From: Ramazzottius varieornatus
Taxonomy: Eukaryota; Animalia; Tardigrada
Assembly (NCBI GenBank): GCA_001949185.1
Contig: BDGG01000001.1
Coordinates: forward strand, 1,484,263-1,548,262
DNA: 64,000 bases
Reading direction: 5' to 3'
Numbering within the stretch: position 1 is the stretch's first letter; each line of letters begins with the position of its first letter. The notes under the pieces were generated by a model that saw nothing but the letters and a program-made list of their open reading frames with translations, had not been told where the DNA came from and made no database searches. A program made the translations under genes and the position numbers. This document shows positions 1 through 13,484 of the stretch, in pieces.

Positions 1-2255
1 ACCTCCTAGCTTGTTTCCGAATAGTTTCGCTCCGTTCAACTGAGGCCCACTACCTCCACTCCGACAGTTTCAAAAATCCACAGGTGGCGTACAGCCGGTA
101 CTGATTAGGCTTTCTGCCGTTTTTACCTGTTGTCCTCAACCGGACCACTAGCTCAAAGGTTGTTGTACAAAGTCAGTTAAAATATGGTCGACATTAGACA
201 TGATGTTTCTCAAAGTCACGGGATATTCCAGGCGGATGTTCCTGCACTACAATTCTGAACTACAAACCTCTGAAGTCATAGGAAGGTTCCGACGTGTCAG
301 ACTGTTCTGCCCACTGGTCTACAAATGTGATTACATGCCAAGGTCGCAACCGGATCAAATGCAAAAGTTTCGAGCCAGAAGACAAATGAGAGTTGTGAGA
401 ACATAATGGTGATGTTGTTCTCGACGAACAAAGCGACTTTATAACGTCATAAGCCAAGATACAAAGATACACTGATAAGTCTTACATTTTTGATACGTCG
501 CGAAGCGGGTTTTACGTACGGAAGCGAGCTAGTAGGTGCTGTGCGACAGTCAAATGTGTATGTCAGCACAGCGTCACGTGACTGTTTGTCGCTCTATTGC
601 CACAAGAGCGGCAAACATGGAATTTTTTTACGTTGCTCGAGTCTGGACAAGTGAAGAGGTATTGTAGCGCACACTCCTTGTAAAGGTATCGTGCTAGTGA
701 CGTACTAACGAAGTGAAAATTATCACTGTAATATTCTAACCTGCCAACTGTAAATGTATACTCCAGAGTCACACGCAGCAGTTTCTGGGTTGGTGACATC
801 CCTGACGGGTTCAAACTCGCAACCGCGATGGAATCGATCTGAAAAGATTAGATTTTGTTACATCAGTGAACTGGGACAGATAAGATCTAAGATGTTAAGC
901 GCCTCTGCGGAAAATAGTTGGGTAAGAGCAATGTTGAGACAAAGCCCCACGGCTTTAGTTGAGACTGATGTTACGGCTCAAATCGATCTGTTAGCCGTGG
1001 ACGTACCTTGGACCCGTTAAAATGGAAACGCCCAGTCTCACCGACCCGACTACGGGCCGCCAGTCAAATGGGAGTTACAGTCCTACCTGTGAGATGTCAC
1101 AGTTCAAACGCCTGATATTAGTTCTGAACAGTTCGTATGTTCACGGAGCTACGCGCCATTCTGTTTGCACGAGAACAGTCAGCTGATCGGATCTCCGCTT
1201 GATTACTTGATCAAGTCAAGCCAGAACCGGGCGTCGATCAGCTGATCGCGAAGCGCAGTGTATGGCGAGCAAGCCCGTGGAAAATCGTTGTTTAATCGCG
1301 GAAGGAGCGATTGTGACATGTCGCAGGTAGGGCTGTACAAGGATTACGTAAGCAGGTGGGAGGGGGTACTGGTCACTAAAATCTTACGGCTTGCCTGCGG
1401 TAGGAGACGGGGTACCGAAGATCTGACGTAAGGAAATACAAGACAACAATAAAATAATTCAATTTACTTTGGAACGGAAGATCTGACTTGCGTGATGTTG
1501 CACAACTTTAGCAATGTGGATTGTGCATGACGCTATCTGAATATCCATGATTCTCCTGCGTTTAGACACGGTTTGGTTGGTGTGAACTGAGAAGGAGAAC
1601 CAGCTGCTTGCAACGTGTTAGGTCCTGTAGTAATATACGCGGGATTCAGGGATGGATTGAACGGGGGCTAACGGGCTTGGCCCGGACAGGCTAGCCCTGG
1701 GAAACCCAATATCGAGCTCGAATAGACTACGCAAAATAGTTGGCTCTGTCAAGGTTGTCACTTTGTATTTGAAGAAACTCATTTCGGACTTGGTACTTTG
1801 GTCAGCGGACAAAATGTTCAAGATGGAATTTCACATCTGGGGCTGTTTGGGTCGGTTTGCAACGGCGAACACGGCCTTGTGTGTTAATCATTGGCGCTTC
1901 GTTAGCTCAAAGTTCAGGCTGAACGGATGAAAGATGACCGAGTTATGAATTTTTTCGCGAAGGGCAAAAGCCTTTTCAGGGAACTTTGATCCGCGGTGAC
2001 TACTGCGAGGTTTTTCTTGGGACGCTTGCTTTAGAGTTTCATATGGCAGCACAAACCAACGGTCTTAAGTCGGTTGTTCATGGTTCAAATCGTCTGAAAT
2101 TATTCGTTGGTTTTCGGAACTTTTCAGCTGGGGGGACACGCGCGGTTTCTCGTTTCTTTTTTTGATCCAAATTTATGTCAAACTTTTCGGTTTAGACAAG
2201 CATTTTGCATTCATCGCTCAAAGAGCTTTGCTTAGCACTGTAAGGCTTTGTAAGC

Positions 2256-2428
2256 TACAGTGTACGAAAAAGTAAACCGTTAAAAATGGGTGTTGGATGG
2301 AGCCAGATGGGTAAAGCTAATGAAATTTGCGCATGCAGCAATATATAATTCTCATTGGCTGAGTTGTAAATAAGCTCTAGCTGCAGTGTTACGCCCATTT
2401 TTAACGGTTAATTTTGTCGTATACTGTA
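2256..2428. mobile_element. MITE with ~35-bp terminal inverted repeats, TA-flanked (Tc1/mariner type)
   Basis: Left tacagtgtacgaaaaagtaaaccgttaaaaatggg is the near reverse complement of right cccatttttaacggttaattttgtcgtatactgta; no ORF. Confidence 0.75.
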
Positions 2429-2989
2429 TAACAACCAGGAAGATGCTTTTACTCCAAGCTGCGAGTGTTTGACATCGAACTCGCTATTGCAGCGAATTGA
2501 ATTGAATTTTCTTTAACGTGTGCTATCCGCTGCTTCGTCTATCACACCACACCTTCCTTCCTGCTCGCGTAAGCTCACGCTGTTACACATTGTTACGCTT
2601 CATTAGGCTTTTCGTTCTCGACATCGGGTTCCTTGTCTGTCCTCGTCCTCTCTGTGCAACAGAGCCTACATTCTTCTCGATGATGTTCCTTGTCGATGAG
2701 CAAACTTCATTTCATTTTTTTTGCTTCTCGTGTCGCTACACGAGAAAACTTTTCACCGCTTTTGTGAGGGGCTCCTTGAAGATATCTCATTATGAGAGAT
2801 ACGGGTGACTAACGAGGAGTTAACGATCGTTTCCCGCGATCTTCTGTTGAGTCTTCAGAGTAAATAATCTGCGCTCACTGCAGAAGTAGAATAGCGGGAG
2901 GAGACGTCATAAATCACGCTAAAGACGAAAAGGGGTGAATATGGACAGAACCACCCTCAAGAATTCCCAAAAATCTCCCTAAAACGGCT

Positions 2990-3275
2990 AAAAGTGTTTT
3001 GAGACTTTGAACCCCGGCGACTTGCGGCAAACTTATCATTTCCTGGCCGTTGATGTTCTCTCAGCCTTCATCCCAAAAAGGGTCCTTTCGGAGATAAAAA
3101 TAATGTTCCGGTACCTGGGATGTCGAAACTTGTATACCCATGAACTTACACATGTCGGAATTGATGAACCTATGCTTTCCCATAGTCAATAAAAACTTTC
3201 GGAACCACTTATTGTAATTTTTCTACTTCATCGACAAGCTTTGAGCGAGCCGAACGCGATGCGAACAGCTTGGAT
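2990..3275 (+). repeat. Dispersed repeat family, copy 1 (Helitron/HINE-like non-autonomous element?)
   Basis: ttttgagactttgaaccccggcga (~2997) is shared with ~6255 (+) and ~23750-23780 (-). The end motif catcgacaagct..gagcgagccg..gcgaacagcttg (3229-3273) is shared with 5851, 7122, 45224 and 50350 (-). Confidence 0.6.
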
Positions 3276-3680
3276 GTGAAAAGGTGGTAAGCGCGTTGGT
3301 TACAGACGCGCTCGGGTCGTTCGCACCAGCCGGCACTGGCAGCTGCAGCCGGAGCGAACTTTAGCTTGCCCTCGGCAAAGTAGCTTTGCCGAATGTTAGT
3401 TTAGGGTCCTAGAGAAAAAGAGCTAAGCATATCCCATATGGAATTCGGAAGTCAGAATTGCCAAACAATTTGCACGGTAGATGACTGTTCGACAGAATAT
3501 ACGCAAAACTCTACAATGCGGTAGAAGAACGTTTATGCGATACAGTTTTTAGTGGACGCTGGAAACCGTGCAGCCACTAACTCAACTAGATCTGCAAAGT
3601 TATCCCGTTTCGTGCCCATTAGCCTAGTGGCTTACATCGTACGGTGCAAACCGCACGGCGCGGGAATAGTAATACCTTCT

Positions 3681-4109
3681 TCAAAGTTCTTCACACCTGT
3701 AGAAAGGTCGGCGATAGGGTAATAGGGTAAGAGATGATCCGGTTACGCCCGTGATTTTCAGCTGAGCAAGCGTGAAGCTTTGCTCCAAAGAAGTTTTTAA
3801 CAAGCCGTTGGACAAACACTCACAAATTTTCTCAGAGTGGCTCACTGGCATAAACGTGGAGCAAAACGCAACACCCCGGCCTAGGCGGTGATCGCCTTTG
3901 CACTGCATGATAAAATTTGCCAGAAGACTAGGGTCGGTTGATAAACAGGCCGGACCATGGTCGCGATAGGAGTAATTATAACACGAATGGTTCCATCCCG
4001 GAGGGAAACTGTCCCGTACATCAACCTCATCCTTAAGGTCACCCAACGCGCCGATTACGAAACAGCACCACAGGAAGAATATGACGATGCACGAGTGTTT
4101 CCCACGCAT
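3681..4109 (-). CDS. Putative small secreted Cys-containing protein (3' exon structure unresolved)
   Basis: ATG-initiated ORF with a signal-peptide-like N-terminus (IVIFFLWCCFVIGALG) and several Cys; no family recognised. Confidence 0.4.
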   Translation of the reverse strand: MRGKHSCIVIFFLWCCFVIGALGDLKDEVDVRDSFPPGWNHSCYNYSYRDHGPACLSTDPSLLANFIMQCKGDHRLGRGVAFCSTFMPVSHSEKICECLSNGLLKTSLEQSFTLAQLKITGVTGSSLTLLPYRRPFYRCEEL

Positions 4110-4869
4110 ATTCGTCCTTCGGAAGTTTGTTCAGCTAAACGAGAAGATCATCACGTCAAACGGCATAAAAACATTTCGCCAGTCGTATCGAGCGACATGC
4201 AGAGATTTTGAAACTACTACACACTACAACCGACAAGTACGACAAGCTTTGACTGCAGATAAAAAAAGGATGGTATTACAGTGGAGTATAAAATACCGGT
4301 AACTGATAATGCGTCCGTCGCACTGGTATGCAGAATCGCCGTAGTAACCGGACTTGGTTGTTAATCGGTACACCAGATGTTATAGAGTCCTCCAGTTCTT
4401 ACTTGTTGGAATGCATGACCTTACTTTTAAGGGCAAGGTTACGAACTAAAGGCCAGGGAACACCTGCTAGTGTACGGAGCGCTTTCCACGGAGCCACAGT
4501 ACTCAAGATGGAACAACTGACCTCTGAGTAACTTGCTTCACGGTCAAACCGACCAGTCCGCGGAGATTTTTCGAACGAGGACACAACTACAATAACAGTA
4601 TTTGCCAACAAACCTCACTAAAAAGTCGACAAAAGTAAGCGCATGAATATTAAGAACGTCGTCACACTTTACAGAGCTAAAGACGCGATTTCAACCAGAA
4701 ATTCAAAAGCAAGAGTCCGCACAAAACTCGGCAAACGAGAAAGCTGAAGTAGATCGAACTTCTTTCCGCAGTTTCTGCGTTACAAGGAACGCAACCCATG
4801 GAGAAGGCGGACCCGGATATAGTGGCAACAGTGAGGAAGTCGATGTGGGACACGGTATGCCGTCCAGGT

Positions 4870-5260
4870 ATCCCACATTGATTTCCCACCACCTTCCGAC
4901 CACATTAGTTCCTTTTTCATCCCATATTGAATTCTCAAGCCTATGCTTGTTTCCCAATCTCATCCCATATTGAGTTCGACCTTATTGTTGCTCTGAAAGT
5001 CCCACATTGGCTTCGGTGACCCGATTTGATCACTTCAGAGTTCCCATATTAATGTCCTAAGTACTCCCATCGTAACTAGATCCCACAATGAAACCCTGTT
5101 GGCCCCATGCTGAATCAACCACGCCCATTCCATTACGTCACGAGTCCATCTTGGAACCCTTCTGAGAGCCGCATCTAAAACTCCCTCATCAAACACAGGG
5201 TCAAACCAGTGTACAGTGCTGCCACCTGTTGCACATGACGTAATGAATCCCACATTGAAT
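4870..5260. repeat. Degenerate array of TCCCA(C/T)ATT motifs
   Basis: About 8-10 irregularly spaced copies of tcccacatt/tcccatatt and variants. Confidence 0.55.
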
Positions 5261-5850
5261 AACGTGGTCGGGTCTGGCTGCAGAGTTTCACATCAGATCC
5301 ACAGTCTTGAACCATTTGACCTTCAGCTTGTTATAGCATTCTTAATTTGTTTGAAATTATTTTGAAGTACTTAGCTTGTCTTGTTGTCTAACTTATATTC
5401 TTGTCGATTTTTGTCGGTCGTTCTCGCTTAGGTCATTGTTGACCGAGATCCTCAGGCGTACTTCTGGTGAATTCAACTCTTTTCGGAATTTTTCTGCCGG
5501 TTGTCCTCTCAGCATATATTTAGGACAGTGCTGCGCACACCACCGAAAACCACCATTGTCTCCACACACTACCTCTCACCACCGTAGTCTCCTAATATCA
5601 CCTTCTCGCCACCGTTTGCCCGGACGTACCACCTTTCGTTCACCACCGTTAACTAATTAGAATTTAAAATCTCTGCGCACCACTTTTATCCGGGGATAGC
5701 GTCTTTCTCAAGAAAAGAACTGCGGAAGTGATTCTTAGACTGTCTCAACAGTAAAAAGATCGAGAAACGGTCACGCCGTCGGGGAAGACCTGGTACCAGA
5801 GTGATATTTTTGTTTCCCATTCTTCTCTGCAATTTATTTCAGTTTTTCTT

Positions 5851-7168
5851 CATCACTGACAAGCTGCCAGCGAGCCGAAGGCGAAGCGATTTTTATGTGA
5901 GTTTCGGCGGCCCATTATCCGGAACATTAAATAATAACATGATTGTTCGAGTATCGGTTTTGAAGTTTTGGCACCCCAGGGGCTTTTGTAACTGCTGATG
6001 TGATAACATGCAACAGACATCGAGGAAGACGAATCTGAAGTTACATCTGATTTCTGACCAGTAATCAAACGGCCACGTCAGGAAGATCCAAAGGGGTTCG
6101 AATTTTTGTCCAGAAATTTCTGACATCAGAATGACGTCACACAGCGTAAGACTACACATACAATCGTTTTGACACCGAACTTCGAAGCTGGGGTGTTTCG
6201 GAGGTTAATCGCCCTTGGAGTTTCCTGCAGTACATCCCAAAAGGGCAAACAGGTTTTTGAGACTTTGAGCCACGGCGAGGTACGGCGGAGCTACCATCCA
6301 GCGCCCTTGAATATTCTGTCAGACTTTAGGTCAAAGAAGGGGTCATTTGGGAGCAAAAATAATCTTCCCCAAACTGGGCCGCCGAAATCCATATACTGAT
6401 ATCCATTTATTTTCACTGTACGCTGTTGCATTCGCCCAGTTTCAGGCCGAATTGGTTCAAACTTTGCGAAATTTAGAAATGTAGTCTAGCTGTTCACAAC
6501 GTGGTTATTGTTTTATTTTCCTATTTAGTGGTACGAGTTTTGATTATTTCTTGCAATTTTTATGTCGCTTGCATGCCTTCATAATGCAGCTCATTGCCTA
6601 GCAAACTAGGAAATAATTTAGGCAGCTCCTTTCCCAACCTCTATGTGCGCTTCCACATAGGTCTTCCTGTGGTACTTTTCTCGATAGTCGCAAGCAAAGA
6701 ACTCGACAAGGTTCGTCCCAGTTCTGTTTCGTTCGGATTAGTAGCCGAATTAGTAAAATAGTTTCACCAGGTGTATCTCGACTTTGAGCTGGTACACCAA
6801 ATACCTGGTAATGTAGAAAGCTGATTGCAGATCGATCTAGATCAGTTCGCTGGAAATCTAAGCCGGGAAAGCAGTACTGTCAGTAACTAGTCGATCTAGT
6901 GGACTTTTTCTGTTTTCTGCTTTCCCGGGTCAGACCACAAAAGACCGAAAAGTGGCTGGTCTACTAAGCTTGGTTAAGGTTTTCAAGCTATTTAGTCTTC
7001 AAGCACGAACCGTCAAAGACGCGACAAACGTTCTATTTTATGCGCAAAGATTCGGTTTGAAATCAAACGAAATCGAAATCTTATAATGGCTCATTTGGGC
7101 TCCGATTCCCGTTTTTTTAGATCATCGACAAGCTGCGAGCGAGCCGCAGGCGAAGCGAACAGCTTGTA
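5851..7168 (+). repeat. Dispersed repeat family fragments (gcgagccg(a/c)aggcgaagcga at 5851-5890 and 7122-7168; gagactttgagccacggcgaggtacggc at ~6255)
   Basis: Direct similarity to 2990-3275 and 23740-23790. Confidence 0.55.
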
Positions 7169-10100
7169 ACTTATTCACGGTTGTCAGAAGCCGCTATGAT
7201 CTCGTTCGCCTAGTTACGTGCGAACTTACCTCGACTAGTATTATTTTTGATAATGGACCAAGCTGAACACACCCACATGACATGACTTTTTCGGTATAGA
7301 AAAGCAAGGCAGATCTTGCAGGGGTGCTGATTACAAAAGAAATAACGCTTATAGAACAAGATGAACGCAACTTTCTCCATCTGAAATTGGCAGAAAAAGC
7401 GATACAACACAGTAAGACAGATTTCGCGCTTCACCAGTCATCAAAATGTGGTCAGTCATCGAAGTGTACTCAACCGTCAGATCGGCTTGACACATTTTTC
7501 TTACACCTCTACAGTCATGTGCCATCGAATTGCGTTGAAGGAACCGGGAGGATCCAACTTTTCTTTCCATTGGTCGAAACAATCATGACGTTTATCCAGT
7601 TTACCTCTTCTGCTCAAAACAAATAATGTTCTGGGAATCTATGATGTAGCGCCTAGCACTCACAATTCTGATCTGCGCTTAACAAAGAATCTTGATTTTG
7701 ATCTTATCCCAACTTCATGAATCTTGCGCACTGTTTATCTGAGCCCGGCCGATGGTTTCAGTCTGAATTTCTTTCCGGAAGTATGTATCGGGGTACGTTG
7801 GAGGGGGGAATGTCATTAGGGCCCCTGGTACGTCACCGTGGAATCATCTAGTCTCACATTGATTTTGGGGATGAATTACACCATGGAAGCGGTAAACGTC
7901 AGAACTGTGGGATGCCGGTGGAAGCCAAAGGGGAGATTTTTACATGGGAAGCGCGGCTTATGCAGGAATAACCTGCGGCCACATCCACACTGTCTCGATA
8001 TACGGAAGACTTTTCCCATTCTCGTCTGTCAACTCAAGACACAATCTGGTCAAAAACGAAACAGTCTCTCGAAATTTTCAGAAAGCTGCTAGTCAGCTCA
8101 CGTCTGTTTTAACTGGAAGCGACAAAGTTTCCGAAAGCAAACGTACGAATTTGAGACGAAAACGTTCAACAGTAGTCATTCCGCAAGGCTTGTGGGGTGC
8201 GCCAGGCAACCGGGGTACCCCCTTGGCCTTTTAAGTGATACGTTCTGGTCATACTTGTCCAAATGCTTCCTACAGCGAAAGAAGCAGCCCTTACTGGGAA
8301 TTTCATAGGAACGTTCAGCTTTAAAAACTTACTCGACACTGTGAATGACGACTTAAGTTCAAAGCTTTGAATGGTTCCACACACTTGTCAATCTGACCTT
8401 ACTTTTCATAAATGTCCAGATGGTGTTATCTTTTCGTCTACCGTATTTTTCGGCATGTTGTAAAAGCTGGACAGGACGCCGGCATGGACAATTGTCGTTT
8501 GGATAGTTATACTGGACAATTGGACAAGACGAACCCAGTTAAAATTGCGTATGAACGCCCGGAGACGGTCTTCTTTTACTCTGCGAAATGAAGGAAAAAT
8601 GACACAGCAAATGTCAAATTGCGACAGTGCAAACTATAATTCGAAAATTTCATGGAATTGAAGTAGTCGTGACGATCCAACGGAATTCTAATGGTACATA
8701 TTGGATTGCCTTCGAACTAGAGCTGTTAATGGTTTGTACCATATGGTTTGGTTTGGTTTAAGTGGTGGTTTGCATGCCAAACCGGTTAAATGAAAATGGT
8801 TTCTCGCGCACTATCTCAACTACTTGAGCCTATCTCAAACCCTAGCCCACGGTACTGAAATCGCCAGACACCCTACAGACCACGGGCTGGCGTGTGTCGT
8901 GTAGACCGTTCTGTGAACCCCTACACTGGTCTAGACATGCGTCTGGCGTCCAATACAGCCAATCGACAGGATGAGCAATGCAGACCGGGTCACAGACCGT
9001 CGCGAGATTCGACAGTGCCCCGGGATGATGAAGAACCCAAAGTGGACGAAGTGCGCGAAAGCCTCAACGAGGTGACCACGTGATGCACAGTGTGGTGCAG
9101 CCAACTCTGCGCAGCTGTCGCGTTTCACAAAAGAAGTCAAATAAATTTTTCTGCAAAACCAACAACTGAAATCTAAACAACAGCTCCTCCTGCGTCTTTA
9201 GAGACGGTGATTGTTATTAGAATATGACGACCGCTGAGCAAATTCGACCTGAGGCACTGATGCTACTAAGTAAGTTTCCCCTGGATCCACAGTTCGGAGC
9301 TTATCGCATTGCAAAGTTTCTGGGAAGATCAACCAAGACGCGAGTTCTCGGTCTTCAGTCCTCACCTTCATTCTGTGAAACATGCATCTTTATTCAGCGA
9401 ATTTTCACATGAGCCTATCTGATTGAATAAAGTAGTGCTGAGACATATGTACGATGTGCGGCTCCCGTCGGCGTCACACCTGTTGAAAACAGCGCAAGTT
9501 CTCGCTACATCCCATTTGTGTAACCACAATATAAAGTTAAGTAGCTCATACTTGACAGTATGTACCGATGGAATATTAGGTTTCGATATCGGCGTAGAAT
9601 CCCGGCTGCTCATAAGGACATAGAAACCATGTACTGTACATGGGATATCGGAATGGACGGGATAGGCACACAAACGACGCTCGGTGCATGGATTAAGCAG
9701 AACTGCGAAGATACAACACAGTTTCTTCAGGGAACACATTCTGTTGAAGTAGTAATCTTATACCCCTGTTCAAGGCAACTTGCTACCACCTCGAACTTCG
9801 ACGTCAAAACATTCACGATTGCTGGTTTTCCGCTCCTTGCTCGCACTGCCCGTACAAGTTTTCAAGCTCTATCGACTGAGATATGATTCGGTATATTATA
9901 GCAAGAAACAGCTTTGAACAATCGACTGATATGACTTGCGGTGTGGAAGACATGTCGCCACGACTGAAATGCACTCTGCAGGATCCTATTGATATTTTTA
10001 GGTAGCAACCCCAATCTGATGTAGATAGGCCTACAACTATCTAAGCGGTTTGGAAAAACTAGAGGCCATAAGGATACCGAACTAGCTCGACAAAGGAATA

Positions 10101-12105
10101 GAAACTGTTAAATTTGGCCATTTTGCCGGAAAAACGGTTTTACGCCGAAAATTCTAGCTTTGGTTCCGATCGGCGGATTCACGTTCGCGACTCCGTTTAT
10201 GTAGCTCAGACGTAGTCCTCATTATGTTCAACACCAAAACTGCAGGCGCTTAGTCAGATCGTTTTGAAAACTGTCCTGAAAACTGCAATGGTTGCATGTT
10301 CTTTCTCCTCGCACCTTTTCTAGTTTGGTGTCGATTGCGACTTCTTCTGAACAGATTTCCGGCCGGTAATTTTTCGTGAGAGGCCAAATAGGATTTCAAA
10401 TCAAAGAAAAATGGTCTGGAAGTTGAGCAATAATCTCGTCGAGAACAACTCGGAGTTATGTGTGGTAGCAAGTTGGCTTGAATGGGCTGTACATGGCGGT
10501 GGAATGATCTCTCTGCAAAACGTACGGCTGAACAAAACGCTCATTTTGTTTGGCAGAGTCGACCGGCTGTCATGCATCTGCAAGCCACTTTTGCACTTTC
10601 TCCAAGAAGACAAACCTAAAAGAAACTTTAGCCGTCTATTGCACATACATTAACTTTTCTCCTGGCACTTCCATCGCGCTACTAAAACAACGAAAGAAAT
10701 CACGGCTCCCATGTCGCAAACAGGTAGACGCCCAAGCGGCAGCTTAGAAAACGTTGTTCCATACTCTGGAAATCAATGATACTTTACTGTCATTAGCAAT
10801 GTCGGTAAATAACGTGGACTTCATGTTGACGGGAGCTTTCCGCTTTTTATGATCATTCAAGTAGTAGCAGAGTACCTGGACCGGCCACTTTTTTCCCAAG
10901 TTGAAAATGCCAGGGAACATAGAGCTCAGCCAGTGATTTTTCGTTGTCGTCACTGATGTTCTTGTGGCGGCCGGCGTTGTGGTAGCTGTTACTGTGGTGG
11001 CCAGTGCTGCCGTCATTGTTGACGCGACTGAAACCAATTAACTGAGGATAAACTACTCGTTAACAGAGTCACGTATCCAGTACCAGGTGACTTTTTCGAA
11101 ATATTATAGTCACCTTCCTTGTGTGGCCTGGTTTCTTGTGCACGGCCTGGTTGTATGGTGGGGACCACGTAACCGGTACGAAGCAATCGGTGGTTGGAGA
11201 AGTTGTATTGTTGCTGAGATTTGAACAAAACAAGCGCCGTTATTTTGCCGTGATTCAAAAATTTTCAACCAGGTGCTGTAAAGTTCCCGGCCGGTGAAAA
11301 GAGGGATGCACTTCGCTTCGTCTTACCCGTACGCGTCAAAGAAAAGAATTGTTGCTCTGTTATATTGTCTTCTGTTCGGCGCAATCGAGCGTGGAAAAGA
11401 TGCTTAGGCAGGACGATTCAACAGAACTACACCGGTGCCATTCGTTGTCTAAATAGATGTTACACAGATATCGATGTGATACTCATGTCTGTTAAGGTCA
11501 GGCAAATCAACTGGACCAAAACCCTATTTGATTTCGTGGAATGATATACATATATAGAAAGGGGCGTAGGCAACGCCCGGTCCGCAGACGAATTGTGTTA
11601 TCAGTATCTGAGGAGTACCTTATGATCAAAACAACGATCAAGCAATCAGTGGTTAAAAGGCATGAAGCTGGAGCGACGTTCAACGAACAGCCCAAGGAGC
11701 TCTGTGCTGTGTGTGAATTGGCCAGTTCCTTTTTCTCAGGTCGAAATCTGGCAAAAAGTGCGAGAAAATGTCCAATAAATTGCATGTTCATAAATCAAAT
11801 TCGAACAAACTGTGGTGCCGGCGAATTAACGCATAACGTAACCGAACGGGAAAAGCCAGTATACAGGACAAGATCTTGATTCTGCAATCTTTCTACCGGT
11901 ACACGCACGACAAGAAATCAGGACCAGGACAAATTACGGGCCGGGTGGAAAAGAGGGCAAAACAGAAATTCAACCGTAGAAAAGTGTCGAAAAGTGTATC
12001 AGTGTGAATCGGTCGCGTACGCATGTGCATCCGTACCGCCGTAGCCAGAAAGTCTGGTCCATAACTTCTCCTGGTGCCTGTACCGCAGTCAGGTGATGCG
12101 GCCAT

Positions 12106-12495
12106 TCACCGTCTCCAGAGCTCCGATAGCATTTTCATTCCACGAGGGCTGGGTTCCCACTTGCGCTGAAGGAACATGAAACCTAGATTCGGCTTTACCA
12201 CGTCGTTGGTTTTCCCGGATGGTACAAAGGGGTCCTTAGAGTCGTTCTGTGATGACGGTTGAAGACTGGCCCATCCTTCAGACTGAGCGGGTGCGAAGCT
12301 GGCCAGGTCGTCTTTGGTAGGAGATCCTCCCGAACCCCATCCGCTAGTGTACACCAGATGACGCTTGTTCCTCAGGAAATCTGGCCGTTTGTGAAACTCT
12401 GACGGATGGTATCCACGGTCGACAACCCTTTCTCCCGAAGTGGTCTTCAGGCACACCGAACACAAGCACATCACTAGCGCCAGAAGCCCAGTCAT
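12106..12495 (-). CDS. Putative neuropeptide-like secreted precursor, 129 aa
   Basis: Signal-like MTGLLALVMCLCSVCLKTTSG, dibasic sites (HKR, RNKR), then HLVYTSGWGSGG; second Trp motif FMFLQRKWEPS near the C-terminus. Confidence 0.6.
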   Translation of the reverse strand: MTGLLALVMCLCSVCLKTTSGERVVDRGYHPSEFHKRPDFLRNKRHLVYTSGWGSGGSPTKDDLASFAPAQSEGWASLQPSSQNDSKDPFVPSGKTNDVVKPNLGFMFLQRKWEPSPRGMKMLSELWRR

Positions 12496-13484
12496 TAGGC
12501 GGTTCTCCGTGACGAAGGCGAGGACAAAGATGCGCGAACCGGAAAAGTGCAACGCTGAAATGCAACTTCGTAGACCAGATCAACTGTGATATCTACTCGT
12601 GTCCCGGAATCCTATGATCAACGCTAACTATCAATAGATGTGTGCGGGAAGGGCGTATAATATAAATACGATCTTGACGCTACCCACGCATGATCTTGAG
12701 GGGTTGGTACGAAAAGTTTACCCGGTATATGCCATCCCATGCAATATTCACGAAGCGGATCTGACAGATGGGTCCAAACCTGCCTGAGAGGGCTTGCATA
12801 ATGAGAGGATGATAAGCGGAAAAGGGTGTTCTCACCTGAATAATCTAAGAGGGAAACATGCCAGTTACGCACAACCTTCCACCTGACCTTCTTGTTGACT
12901 GTGTAATTGGCATTTAACTTCCCAGTTGACAGAATTAAACGAATGGAGCTGCTTGCAGCTCCAACCGAGCTGTCGCTCCTCGGGCTAGAAACCCTATCGT
13001 AATCTTTGTTATTGGAACTGGCATGGCTGACGCCGGACTTCCCCATCGGCGGAGGGGACACTAGTGTGCCAACTATGTCTGCTAGCGGTGTTGCACCGGA
13101 TATCCTCACCGACTCACCTAACAGCCTAAGGTGACGCCATGACGGTCGTGGTTCTTCCTGCCTGACGGCTTTACGTCCAGCGACGACTAATTATTAGAAA
13201 AGGGCATTCTGTGACAAAACTACGTCGATACGGAAAAGTACGCCTTGGTTTCATTTTGTCGCCTTCGAGTTTCTGATGAAAGTCGGCTCGAGCGCAAGTG
13301 CCCCGAAACACCAGCAAATTTTCTTGCGAATAAAGTTACGGCATGCATACGGTATACAGTATGATTAGCTAAGACGAAATTAAATCACCCAAAACCAGTG
13401 AAGACAAACACAGTATCTTTCAAAGAGCAACGAGAACCTGGAGCGGTATCGGAAACAGGTATCACAAAGAGTCACCACGTCTGT

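Noticed and set aside
4870-5260. CRISPR-like repeat-spacer array
   Set aside because: The motif is only ~9 bp, degenerate and irregularly spaced; eukaryotic context, no cas genes.
9198-10750. Short protein-like ORFs in several frames
   Set aside because: No consistent exon chain or recognisable domain; may be decayed gene fragments.
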